A stretch of 57,801 nucleotides of DNA from a virus (Duplodnaviria > Caudoviricetes). How positions within the stretch are numbered: position 1 is the first letter of the stretch; the number at the start of each line of letters is the position of its first letter. The notes below the pieces were generated by a model. It ran no database searches. It was not told where the DNA came from and saw only the letters and a list, made by a program, of their open reading frames with translations. Where the stretch lies: positions 1-57,801 of the IMG/VR virus record IMGVR_UViG_3300028146_000012. The stretch is one strand, 5' to 3'. This document shows, one piece after another, positions 19,311 through 28,686 of this stretch. The position numbers were made by a program, and so were the translations under genes.

Positions 19311-20779
19311 TGCCTTTAATACATAAAGCCTCAAAAAAGGCGTTTCAAAAAAACGTAGAGACAGAAATGAAAGCGCATCCAGGTAAAGAAAACCGCGCTC
19401 AGAACTTGGCTATTAGTTATAGCGTACAGCGTCAAGCCAAGAAAAAAAAGAAAGCCTCAGGCGGTACCGTTGAATCAGGTAGCCGTGACATGAATATGGC
19501 CTACGGCGGCAGCGCAGATGAAGGACCATCCGAAAAAGCCAATCAAATGGGCGTTAATAAAATAGTACCTAATTATGACAGAGAACATAACGAAGTAAAA
19601 CACGGGCAGTCTGAAGCAAGATATGGCAATAAAAGAGACAAACATCGACAAACATTAGAAGAACTCCGCTCGATGCCCAAGCCAAAACTAGCAGAAGGCG
19701 GTGAGATCTCAGCAAAAACTGAGAAACGTCCTATGCCAGATAACCGTTATAACGATAGTAAGAACATCTCAGATAATTCAGGCGATAAGCCATTGAAAGA
19801 ATCAGGCTGGACCGATACTCCTACAGAACGCCAAGCCAAGGCAAACGATATCCGAGGCCGCACACAGAAGGTTAAACACCCTAAGATGGTGAAATCAGAC
19901 ATCCTTCAAGTTCGCCTACGCGATGAAGAAGACGACCTACAAGACTTAACCGCTCCATCTAGTCCAGCAGACGAGCCCGCGACATGGCACGATGAAGAAG
20001 ACGCCAAGAAGCGCGGCGAAGGCCCTGAGAAACAAACCGCACACTCTACAGGCAAGCAAGTCATGGCTAAAGGCGGCAAGGTCGAGTCTTCTGACTATGA
20101 CCATTCCGACCCTAATGCCGACACAGACAGCTTTAAAGATGATACGCCATCAGAAGATGAAGGCGAGGAAATGGCTCGTCACCACGAAGAAGAATACCAG
20201 CGCCAGACGTCTGGTAATCCCGATATGGCTAAGCCGCATAATGACTATCAAACCGACCCATATGACGGCATAGACGACTCAGAACATCCAGAAGATTATG
20301 TAACCGAAGCAGCATCTGCTTACGCAGACGGCGGTGAGGTAGACGACGGACAGCCTGAACCAGAAGAAGACGAAGAACATCATGACTCTATAGCAGCCGC
20401 TATTATGGCGAATCGCGACAGAATGAAGAACGAGATCGACTCAGGCAGCCAAGACATGAATCTTGCAGTGAAATACGCCGAAGGCGGCGAAATCACTAAG
20501 GAAAGAGGCGACATCCTATCAGAAGGCGCTACAGACTCAGATGACTCAAGCCAAGTCGATCTCCGCAGAAATGCAGAAGAAGACCAAAACCACGAAGATC
20601 AGCTAAGCTTTAAAGCCCTAGAAAAGGAAAACTACAGTGAATCCGATGGGTTAGATGATCTTGACTACAATAGCGACAGCAAAGGCGATACAGAAGAAGA
20701 CGAGACCTCAGACGAACACGATATGGTAGACAGCATACGCAAAAAGATGCGCCCTAAGTGGAAGCTTTCTGAGACGTAA
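19310..20779 (+). CDS. Acidic, probably disordered protein with repeated A-x-GG motifs (internal head protein candidate)
   Basis: MPLIH..SKKAF..N start; ASGG, MAYGG, LAEGG, MAKGG, YADGG, YAEGG. Confidence 0.65.
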   Translation: MPLIHKASKKAFQKNVETEMKAHPGKENRAQNLAISYSVQRQAKKKKKASGGTVESGSRDMNMAYGGSADEGPSEKANQMGVNKIVPNYDREHNEVKHGQSEARYGNKRDKHRQTLEELRSMPKPKLAEGGEISAKTEKRPMPDNRYNDSKNISDNSGDKPLKESGWTDTPTERQAKANDIRGRTQKVKHPKMVKSDILQVRLRDEEDDLQDLTAPSSPADEPATWHDEEDAKKRGEGPEKQTAHSTGKQVMAKGGKVESSDYDHSDPNADTDSFKDDTPSEDEGEEMARHHEEEYQRQTSGNPDMAKPHNDYQTDPYDGIDDSEHPEDYVTEAASAYADGGEVDDGQPEPEEDEEHHDSIAAAIMANRDRMKNEIDSGSQDMNLAVKYAEGGEITKERGDILSEGATDSDDSSQVDLRRNAEEDQNHEDQLSFKALEKENYSESDGLDDLDYNSDSKGDTEEDETSDEHDMVDSIRKKMRPKWKLSET

Positions 20780-20873
20780 TTGGACACCGATAGTTTTTAT
20801 TTGCTCCTAGCATTCATTTGTTTCGCAATTGGATTCCTAGGACTTCTAAGCAGCCTGAAAATAGAGCCAGAAG

Positions 20874-21131
20874 ATGATAGTAAAAGACCTAAAGACCCTA
20901 GATAAGCTCATAAAGATGTGCAAAAAGCAAGGACTGACTGGTATCAGGGTAGGCAACATAGAGTTTAACCTCGAGCCTATCAAACCGTCTAGAGTAGAGC
21001 CTATAGCACCAGAAGCAGCCATCCGCGTACCTAAGTTCAATGGCAGCCTAGAGCCAGACAAAATCGACACAGATGAGCTCACAGAAGAGCAACTCCTTAA
21101 CTGGAGCGTTAAAGAAGAGCCTGGAACTTAA
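20874..21131 (+). CDS. Hypothetical protein upstream of the portal
   Basis: ORF track. Confidence 0.6.
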   Translation: MIVKDLKTLDKLIKMCKKQGLTGIRVGNIEFNLEPIKPSRVEPIAPEAAIRVPKFNGSLEPDKIDTDELTEEQLLNWSVKEEPGT

Positions 21132-21274
21132 TGAAAAGCGTTAATAACTCTTTCCGCGACCCTTATCCTTGTAAAGCATCTTGCTGCGGCGGCTCATTTA
21201 ACACTTTTTTGAACTATCTGCATGAATGGTATCAATACTGGGGCTTTTATTTAACACACGGTAATGGCGACTAA
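21131..21274 (+). CDS. Small hypothetical protein (47 aa)
   Basis: TAATG coupling at both ends; MKSVNNSFRDPYPCKASCCGGSFNTFLNYLHEWYQYWGFYLTHGNGD. Confidence 0.4.
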   Translation: MKSVNNSFRDPYPCKASCCGGSFNTFLNYLHEWYQYWGFYLTHGNGD

Positions 21275-23181
21275 TGAAAGTCACGAATAAGCCTGCGAAT
21301 AAGTCGCAAATAACCTTTAAAACCCGCCCAGATTTAGATAGCATGACGTTAACCGCATGGTGGGATGAGAAAAACCCAGACAAAGCAGCTATGTATCTGC
21401 TTACATCTGCGGCTTATTTAAAAGAATCTCAGAATTACAGGTATAAGCAAGCTGCTATCTATGCGAGATTATATGGGAATCAGAGTTTATATGCTTTTGC
21501 TGGGTCCAATATCAATAAAATGGACCAAACGAAAGGGCTTCCGCAAGAAAGGCCGACATTCAATCTCATTCAAAGTGTCACTGACACGCTGGTGTCTCGC
21601 CTTTCACAGAGTCGCCCTAGTCCTGTATTCCTCACAGATAATGGGAACTATAAGCAACGGACCTTATCGAAAAAACTCAATAACTTCACCCAAGGTGAGT
21701 TTTATCAAACTGATGCTTATGAAAAAGCCACTACCGCCCTCAGAGACGCCTTAGTCCAAGGCACGGGTGTATTGCATACATATGAGACACCAGACCATAA
21801 AGTAGGCCTTGAGCGTGTTCTCTTAACTGAACTCCTTATAGACCCGAATGAAGCAATGTACGGCGAGCCTAGGCAGCTCTACCGCTTAAAACTCGTGGAT
21901 AGGGAGGTACTTAAAGCTAACTTCCCGAAATTTAAGGCGAAATTAGACATAGCTGCCAAAGGCTATCCAGACAACTCAACTGAGACCTCAAAGACCGTAT
22001 CTGACCTTATCATGGTAGTAGAAGGCTGGCACCTCCGATCAGGTGAGAACATGAGAGACGGCAGACACACATTGGCATGTAGCTCAGGCTTTTTGCTAGA
22101 CGAGGAGTACACCAAGGACCGCTTCCCGTTCTCTTTTATTCACTACAGCCCCCGCCTCCTAGGCTTTTGGAGCCAAGGAATTGCAGAACAGCTAATGGGC
22201 ACGCAGATGGATCTGAACTCAATCTTGTTCACTATATCAAAAGCAATTAAACTCGTAGGAGTGCCCCGTGTATTCCAAGAAGAAGGCTCAAAGATATCTA
22301 CGGCTGCACATAACAATGAAATCGGTGTCATTGTTAAATACCGAGGTACGAAGCCGGAATACGAAGTCGCGCCATGCAATGCACCAGAACTTTACGCCGA
22401 GCGCGATAAATTAATCGCATATGGGTACCAACAATGCGGTGTCTCGGCACTCCAAGCGTCTAGTCAAAAGCCTCAAGGCCTTGACTCTGGTGAAGCTATC
22501 CGTACGTACGATGACATATCTACAGATCGCTTTGCTACTCTTTCTCGCCGCTACGATAATTTATTCATTGACCTTGCTTATCAAATAGTTGATCTTGCTA
22601 AGGATATCGCAACTGAGCAAGGCTCCTATCAAACAGTTTATCCCAATAAAGACGGTACTCGCGAGATCGACCTGCCTCATGCCGAACTCGTAGATGATCC
22701 ATTTATCATCCAGTGTTTTACGCAGTCCAGTTTGCCTAAAGACCCTGCAGGCCGCCTAGCTAAGATAACAGAAATGGTTCAGGCGGGAATGATTACAGTC
22801 CAGGAAGGTCGCAGACTCCTTGACTACCCAGACCTTGAGCAAATCGAGAAGCTAGCAAACGCAGCAGAAGAGCGCATATTCCAGGTATTAGACGATATAA
22901 TCGATACTGGTAAGTACACTCCGCCCGATCCATTCATGAATCTCGACCTAGCAACTCAACTTACTACGCAATACATAAACCTCTATAGCCAAGCAAAGCT
23001 AGAGGAATCTAAGTGTCAGAAACTACGTGACTTTTTTACGCAAGTCCAGACGCTTAAGCAAGCCGCAATGCCGCCGCCGATGCCAGCACAGGCAGGCGCA
23101 GCGCCGCAGGCAAGCCCTCAAGCTCCGCCACAATCACCATTGATACCGAACAGCCCCAACCCTCAAGGCCCAACTCAATAG
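21274..23181 (+). CDS. Portal protein (podovirus/P22-like)
   Basis: 635 aa between terminase and scaffold; FNLIQSVTDTLVSRL..RP, DALVQGTG, FWSQGIAEQL..Q, SGEAIR, Pro/Gln-rich tail. Confidence 0.85.
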   Translation: MKVTNKPANKSQITFKTRPDLDSMTLTAWWDEKNPDKAAMYLLTSAAYLKESQNYRYKQAAIYARLYGNQSLYAFAGSNINKMDQTKGLPQERPTFNLIQSVTDTLVSRLSQSRPSPVFLTDNGNYKQRTLSKKLNNFTQGEFYQTDAYEKATTALRDALVQGTGVLHTYETPDHKVGLERVLLTELLIDPNEAMYGEPRQLYRLKLVDREVLKANFPKFKAKLDIAAKGYPDNSTETSKTVSDLIMVVEGWHLRSGENMRDGRHTLACSSGFLLDEEYTKDRFPFSFIHYSPRLLGFWSQGIAEQLMGTQMDLNSILFTISKAIKLVGVPRVFQEEGSKISTAAHNNEIGVIVKYRGTKPEYEVAPCNAPELYAERDKLIAYGYQQCGVSALQASSQKPQGLDSGEAIRTYDDISTDRFATLSRRYDNLFIDLAYQIVDLAKDIATEQGSYQTVYPNKDGTREIDLPHAELVDDPFIIQCFTQSSLPKDPAGRLAKITEMVQAGMITVQEGRRLLDYPDLEQIEKLANAAEERIFQVLDDIIDTGKYTPPDPFMNLDLATQLTTQYINLYSQAKLEESKCQKLRDFFTQVQTLKQAAMPPPMPAQAGAAPQASPQAPPQSPLIPNSPNPQGPTQ

Positions 23182-23194
23182 CTAAGGAACTGAA

Positions 23195-23476
23195 ATGATT
23201 AGTTATATCAAGTATTTGTATGCAGAGTTTCGTAAATTCTTACTGGTGCATTCTTATAGGCATTTTAAAGAAAGAGAAAATTGGATGAAGCTAGCACACA
23301 ACGCAACTAAAGATGACGGATGCTGTGTTACTACAATACCTATGTCTCATCTAGAAAAAATAGATGAAGATAATGGGACTTTTTATGGGCAGATTAAAAA
23401 ATCTGAAGACTATAAAATCGCTTTAGCTTCTGGCCGCGCATACATAACTGTAAGAATTCTTCCTCACGCAAACTAA
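23195..23476 (+). CDS. AT-rich hypothetical gene inserted between portal and scaffold
   Basis: AAGGA SD; lower GC than its flanks. Confidence 0.55.
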   Translation: MISYIKYLYAEFRKFLLVHSYRHFKERENWMKLAHNATKDDGCCVTTIPMSHLEKIDEDNGTFYGQIKKSEDYKIALASGRAYITVRILPHAN

Positions 23477-23486
23477 GGAGTCATAA

Positions 23487-24533
23487 ATGAAGATAATCCC
23501 ATCAGGCAGCACGCCGCCTATTATTCAACAAACTACAGCCAATACAGCCGCAGCATCAGAAGCAAAGGCAAGGGCAGTCGCAGTATTGCAAGGTAAAGCA
23601 CCTGCCCAAGGTCAAGCCCAGGAAACGCCTGTAGCTAACCCTAATGCTATCTCAGCAGAGGAATTATCGGCTATAACGAAACCTGCAGCAGACCCCACTA
23701 CTACCCCACAGGCCGAAGCCGCTGCGCCCGCCACAGAGGCGCCTAAAGCCCCAGAACAGCCAGACAAGGCGAGCCAGGAATGGGCTAAACTCGCCCGCCA
23801 AGAGCGCCAACTCCGCCAAAAGGCTAAAGAACAGGACCAAAAGTTCCGCCAGCGCGAAGAAGCTATCAAGGCTAGAGAAGCCGAAGCAAGCTCAAAAGCC
23901 GATTTATACCAAAAAGGATATGTCAGTTATGACAAGCTCAAAAACGATCCGCTAGGTGTACTTGGCGAGGCAGGAGTTAGCTACGATGAGATCGCAAATC
24001 AGATAATCAACCCATCTAAGATCGATCCCCGCCTTCAAGCCCATATCGATAAACTCCAAGCTAAGATTGAAAGCCTCGAGAAAGCCACTATGGAAGGCAA
24101 CGAACGCGTCACGAAACAGCAACAAGACAGCTATAACGCAGCAGTGAAGCAAATCGAAATGGACGTGCGTAACTTAGTGAAATCAGACCCGAATTTCGAA
24201 ACAGTAGCAAAGACTAACTCTACTAAAGATGTAGTAGAGCTAATCACCAAGACTTATGAAAAAGACGGCATTCTGCTAACCGTAGAAGAAGCCGCTAACG
24301 AGGTAGAGAACTACCTTATCGATGAAGCAATGAAATTAACTCGTATTGAAAAGATTAAGCGCAGACTCCAGCCTACGGCCAATAGTACTGAAGTCAAGAA
24401 GACAGCGCAAACCGCAGACACAAAAGGGAATGCTCAATCCCAAATGAAAACCTTGACTAACGCCGTATCTAGTACTCGGAAGCTGAGTGCAAGAGAGCGC
24501 GCTTTGTTAGCATTTCGAGGTGAGCTTAAATAG
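23487..24533 (+). CDS. Capsid scaffolding protein
   Basis: Ala/Pro-rich N-terminus, charged coiled coil, basic C-terminal helix; directly upstream of the capsid gene. Confidence 0.72.
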   Translation: MKIIPSGSTPPIIQQTTANTAAASEAKARAVAVLQGKAPAQGQAQETPVANPNAISAEELSAITKPAADPTTTPQAEAAAPATEAPKAPEQPDKASQEWAKLARQERQLRQKAKEQDQKFRQREEAIKAREAEASSKADLYQKGYVSYDKLKNDPLGVLGEAGVSYDEIANQIINPSKIDPRLQAHIDKLQAKIESLEKATMEGNERVTKQQQDSYNAAVKQIEMDVRNLVKSDPNFETVAKTNSTKDVVELITKTYEKDGILLTVEEAANEVENYLIDEAMKLTRIEKIKRRLQPTANSTEVKKTAQTADTKGNAQSQMKTLTNAVSSTRKLSARERALLAFRGELK

Positions 24534-24535
24534 GA

Positions 24536-24558
24536 TGAATAGGGATTGGCCTTATTCA
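24536..24558 (+). other. Intergenic hairpin upstream of the capsid RBS
   Basis: TGAATAGGG / CCTTATTCA 9-bp stem with one G.U; no U tract. Confidence 0.45.
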
Positions 24559-24583
24559 CCAAAACTTAATTAAAGGAAATACA

Positions 24584-27298
24584 ATGGCAGCAGTATATGC
24601 TAATAGTAGCAATCAAATCGCTGCGCTAAAAGAATTGTATACCGACGATAAAGAGTACATGAAGGATCTTGTCTATAAAAATTTGTAGACGTTAAACTGA
24701 GCAAAATCGGTGGAGCCTAAAGCCTTGACAGCTAAGGTAATACCGAGGTAAGATAGTAGGTAAAGAACACTATCCACCGTAACGCGTAGAATGAGAAACT
24801 AATGAACTGCATAGTATGCGAGAAAAAACTGAGAAAAGATAATACTATAGGCACTTGTCGTGCTCATAGAGGTTTATCGCCAGTACGTCGCGCATATGAG
24901 AAATCTTGGCAACAAGATCACTCCGAACAGTATGTAGAAGCTAAAAAGCAATGGGGTAAAAGGAATCCTAAGTATTTTGTAGATTATCGAAATAAAGACA
25001 TTTCTAAGAAAATAGCGCATAATTTGCGCGTTAGAATTAGACATGCCATTAATCGCGGATCTGCAATTAAAAACTTAGGTTGTACTGTACCTGAGCTTTT
25101 GGCGCATTTAGAAGCTAAGTTTGCTAAAGGAATGACTTGGCAAAACTATGGTAAATGGCACGTTGACCACATACTGCCATTATCTAGTTTTGATTTGACA
25201 AATCCTGAGCAGCTTAAGCGGGCTTGCCATTATAGCAATTTACAGCCGCTATGGGGCGCGGATAATATCCGTAAACATGCGAAATTAGACTATCATTCCA
25301 AGAGTGCTTAGCACACAAATGTGTGATGATGTACGCTGAGCTTACAGGAAACTGTAAGAAGTAGAGGATAAAAAGCCTTTACGATAACAGACTGAAAGAA
25401 AATCCCTTCCTAGCTCTTGTTCCCAAAGACGAAAGCCCTGATGGCTTCGCGGGTTAAAATACTTGCCCGCGTCTAGAGGCGCAATTGAAGTATATTCCAG
25501 TGCCTCTGGAATACGGTGAAGGTTGCCGTATTTAAATCGACCAAAAACGGTGAATGCTGAAATGCAAATACCGTGCTAAGCTGAAAAACTAAAGAATTTC
25601 AGCCAGTGTAGAGCGTAGACCTTGACAACTGCCAAAAACAAGGGCAGAATAAAATAGGTCCAAGAGTGGTTGACAATCAAAAGGATTGAAAATGTACGCC
25701 GAACTTGAGCAAAAAGTTTGTAAGCAGTGCGGAAAACCTAAGCCCTTAAGTGAGTTTAGATTTCGCACAAGGAAAGGACGTAGCAAAGGCACATATGAAA
25801 GTTATTGTAAGAAATGTGAATACGATAACAATAAAATATGGGCCGCTGCTAATAAAGAGAAACGCAAAGATTCAGAATTTGAGAGAAATCTTAAGCGCAA
25901 GTTTAATATGACTCGAAAAGACTATGACGCGATTCTTTTAGCGCAAGGAAATAAATGTGCTATATGTCCGAAGCCTAGATCACTAAGCGGTAAAGCATTG
26001 GCAGTAGATCATTGTCATACTACGTTAGCGATACGAGGACTCCTTTGTAATGAATGTAATACAGCTATTGGTCTTTTCACTGAGAGCATAGAAATATTAC
26101 AATCTGCAATTGCTTATCTCACTAAGTTCAAGAAGTTAGGATAAAAAGCCTAACGATAACAGAGTCTATCTAGACTCACTTGAACCCCATGGGTCGTTCG
26201 CATACATTCTCGAATGCGCAAAACCAACAGACAGCGACTAGTCTCGTATCGTACTTCGTGTACGTAATCCAAGACTACCAGCTTGTCACTATCACTAACC
26301 TCCTAATGGAACAGACTAAGACAAATGCAGGCGCATTCGTTGATGCTGCAAAACTCCAAATGGATGGTGGTTTTAGAAACATTACGAACAACATCGCATT
26401 TGAATTGTTCAACGATGGTACGGCAACTCGTGGTGCCTCGACTTCGGCTTCTACGCAGTCTGGCACAACCGTAGGCGGCACAGTATTGCCTCTTACGAAT
26501 GCACAGAACATCGTACAGTTCGAAGTAGGCCAGCTCCTAGTCGCTTCTAGCACTCCCGGCGGCGCTCCGTCTACAGATACAGTCCTAGTGACTGCAGTAG
26601 ACCGCGCTAACGGTATCGTAACAGGCACAGCTTCGGCTGGTAGCTTGAGCGGTAACTGGGCTATCGGCACAGGCAGTGCATACTTGACCGTATCTGGAGA
26701 CCTTCCGGCAGCCGGCGCGTCGAATACAGGCAGTTTCTTGGCTCTTTCGGGCCTTGCAGCTTGGATTCCGACGACTACGCCGAGCACATCGGATAGTTTC
26801 TGGGGTGTAAATCGTAGTGCAGACCCGACTCGTCTTGCAGGCTTGCGTTATAACGCGACTAGCCAGACGATTGAGGAAGGTATTACGAATGCACTGGCAT
26901 TCACTAACCGTGAAGGCGGCAAACCAGACCTTTGCATCATGGACTTTGCTTCATATGCAGCGCTGGTTAACGCTCTTGGCGCGAAAGTCCAGTACGTCCA
27001 GGTAAACCACGATGAAGTAGAAGTAGCTTTCGAAGGTATTACGTTTCAATCTGCGTATGGCAGAGTTACAATCCTTGCCGACAGATCTTGTCCACCCACT
27101 ACAGCATACCTATTAACCATGGCGACTTGGAAGTTGCGCAGCCTTGGAAAGGTTCCGCATATACTCACCTACGGTATGGAAGGTTTGGAAGGCTTGAGGG
27201 TCGGCAACGCTGACGCGCTCGAGATCAGGATCGGCTACTATGGTAACCTCATTTGTTCCGCTCCCGGATTTAATTGTGTCGTGCAGCTTTCAAGCTAG
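24584..27298 (+). CDS. Major capsid protein, spliced: join(24584..24676,25395..25454,25488..25517,26183..27298), 432 aa
   Basis: AAGGA SD. Exons join in frame as MAAVYANSSNQIAALKELYTDDKEYMKDLVY|KENPFLALVPKDESPDGFAG|KYIPVPLEYG|NPMGRSHTFSNAQ... Every junction has exon-U.G in P1 and a terminal intron G. The gene follows the scaffold and precedes a terminator. Confidence 0.88.
24677..25394 (+). ncRNA. Group I intron 1 in the capsid gene (718 nt)
   Basis: P1 GTCTAT|...GTAGAC with U.G; P3 CTGAGCA/TGCTTAG; P4 TCGGT/ACCGA; P7 GCGTA/TACGC; P9 CTTACAG-GAAA-CTGTAAG; ends in G. Confidence 0.9.
24802..25311 (+). CDS. Intron-encoded HNH homing endonuclease
   Basis: WHVDHILPLSSFDL...HYSNLQPLWGADNIRK; located between the P7 5' strand and the P3 3' strand, closed by GAATGA/TCATTC. 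Confidence 0.88.
   Translation: MNCIVCEKKLRKDNTIGTCRAHRGLSPVRRAYEKSWQQDHSEQYVEAKKQWGKRNPKYFVDYRNKDISKKIAHNLRVRIRHAINRGSAIKNLGCTVPELLAHLEAKFAKGMTWQNYGKWHVDHILPLSSFDLTNPEQLKRACHYSNLQPLWGADNIRKHAKLDYHSKSA
25455..25487 (+). ncRNA. 33-nt core-less group I-type mini-intron
   Basis: TAAAATACTTGCCCGCGTCTAGAGGCGCAATTG; P1 CGCGGGT|/GCCCGCG with U.G, P10 ATACTT/AAGTAT, terminal G, in-frame TAA. Confidence 0.75.
25518..26182 (+). ncRNA. Group I intron 3 in the capsid gene (665 nt)
   Basis: P1 AATACGGT|...GCCGTATT with U.G; P10 GGTT/AACC; P3 TCGACCA/TGGTTGA; P4 ACGGT/ACCGT; P7 GCGTA/TACGC; P8 CAATC/GATTG; 3' module shared with intron 1; ends in G. Confidence 0.9.
25692..26144 (+). CDS. Intron-encoded endonuclease VII-family homing endonuclease
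   Basis: CKQC...CKKC, then QGNKCAIC...LAVDHCHTT..IRGLLCNECN; the start ATG overlaps the P7 3' strand. Confidence 0.85.
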   Translation: MYAELEQKVCKQCGKPKPLSEFRFRTRKGRSKGTYESYCKKCEYDNNKIWAAANKEKRKDSEFERNLKRKFNMTRKDYDAILLAQGNKCAICPKPRSLSGKALAVDHCHTTLAIRGLLCNECNTAIGLFTESIEILQSAIAYLTKFKKLG

Positions 27299-27327
27299 CG
27301 ATATCATTAATATAATCTAGACAGCCT

Positions 27328-27355
27328 AAGGCCAAGGACAACCTTGGCCTTTTTT
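27328..27355 (+). terminator. Rho-independent terminator after the capsid gene
   Basis: AAGGCCAAGG-ACAA-CCTTGGCCTT followed by T run. Confidence 0.88.
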
Positions 27356-27371
27356 ATTTAAAAGTAATACC

Positions 27372-27400
27372 TTGTAATTCTAATTAAAACGTGATACCTT
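27372..27400 (+). promoter_or_regulatory. sigma70-type promoter with extended -10, probably leaderless
   Basis: TTGTAA-17-TACCTT with TGn; ATG 27407 is 6 nt downstream. Confidence 0.5.
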
Positions 27401-27406
27401 TAAATC

Positions 27407-28669
27407 ATGAGAACTACATGGACTCTCCAAAAAATAACAGAAGCTGCTAGTAAATGTAAGAATAGGCGTGAACTTCAGACTAAGTTCATAGGAGCATATA
27501 AAGCTGCTGCTAGACTGGACATATTACATGAACTTTATCCTGACTATGCACAAATTCAATGGACGGATGAAATGCTTAAAGCAGAAGCATCTAAGTATAA
27601 AAGTAGAGGTGCCTTTGCAGCTAACTCATCAAGTGCTTATGTAATAGCCAGGAAACGCGGTTTACTTGACATTATATGTCCACCCAAAATAAGTAGAACA
27701 CACACTAGGGAAAGCCTTACAAAATTAGGAAAACAATATAAGACTAGAACAGAATTCGCCAGAAAAGACCCAGGTGCATATAGTTCAGCACAGCGCGCTG
27801 GTCTGTTGAATGAAGTATGTCCGCCCAACATAGGCGGTACATCACAAGGTGAAGCGGAACTATTAGAATTCCTCAGATCCTTAATATCTGATTTCATAAA
27901 AAAGAAATTTAGCAATGATTATGAGTTGGATTGCTATTCAGATAGCCTTAAGCTAGGTATTGAATATAATGGGCTATATTGGCACAGCGATGCCAATCCT
28001 AAAATGTTTCCTTCTTACCACGTTAAGAAAACAAAGTACTTCGAACAGCAGGGCATACGAGTTATTCATATATGGGAACACGAATGGACAGCACGCAAAA
28101 CCCAAGTAAAAAACTATCTTCAATCTGCCTGTAGAGTAAATACAGTTCGCTTGGGCGCTAGGAAATGTGAATTTAAAGAAATACCAGCACAGCAAGCCAG
28201 AGAATTCATACAAAATGCCCACATACAAGGCAAGCCTAATCATGTAGCCTTGGCAATCGGCTGTTTCTATAAAGAGCAACTAATAGCAGCTGCCAGTTTC
28301 GGGAGACATCACAGAGACAGCACAGCAAACTACGTTCTTAATAGATTCTGCTGTTTGCCGGGGTATACAGTATCTGGCTGTCTTGCAAAGATGTCTAAGC
28401 TTGCTGCCAATAAACTAGGGCCTTTGATATCGTGGGCAGATTACTGCAAAAGTCAGGCTGGTGGTTATATAGCGGCTGGATGGATAAAAGTCAGGACTTT
28501 AAAACCAGATTATTTCTATACAGACAAACGCGGCGGCGTGATAAGTAAGCAAGCCAGAAAGAAATCTCATGTTGATACGCCTCAAAGTATGACAGAATCA
28601 GAGCACGCTAAGCTAGATGGCTTGCATAGAATCTGGGATTGTGGCAAAATAGTACTAATATTTAAATAA
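27407..28669 (+). CDS. Hef-like/Vsr-type putative homing endonuclease with three N-terminal repeats
   Basis: Three repeats of [WH]T......A.K...R..F......AY..A...G.L; ELDCY...IEYNGLYWHS; VIHIWEHEW; RIWDCGK. Confidence 0.75.
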   Translation: MRTTWTLQKITEAASKCKNRRELQTKFIGAYKAAARLDILHELYPDYAQIQWTDEMLKAEASKYKSRGAFAANSSSAYVIARKRGLLDIICPPKISRTHTRESLTKLGKQYKTRTEFARKDPGAYSSAQRAGLLNEVCPPNIGGTSQGEAELLEFLRSLISDFIKKKFSNDYELDCYSDSLKLGIEYNGLYWHSDANPKMFPSYHVKKTKYFEQQGIRVIHIWEHEWTARKTQVKNYLQSACRVNTVRLGARKCEFKEIPAQQAREFIQNAHIQGKPNHVALAIGCFYKEQLIAAASFGRHHRDSTANYVLNRFCCLPGYTVSGCLAKMSKLAANKLGPLISWADYCKSQAGGYIAAGWIKVRTLKPDYFYTDKRGGVISKQARKKSHVDTPQSMTESEHAKLDGLHRIWDCGKIVLIFK

Positions 28670-28686
28670 ATATAAAGGAGAATAGC

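Noticed and set aside
25455-25457. Genome-wide stop-codon reassignment explaining the in-frame TAA
   Set aside because: TAA, TAG and TGA all end genes normally, and the long conserved genes are intact in code 11.
26180-26191. Capsid start at TTG 26180 as given by the ORF track
   Set aside because: That TTG is the 3' end of intron 3 and lacks an SD; upstream exons join in frame from ATG 24584.
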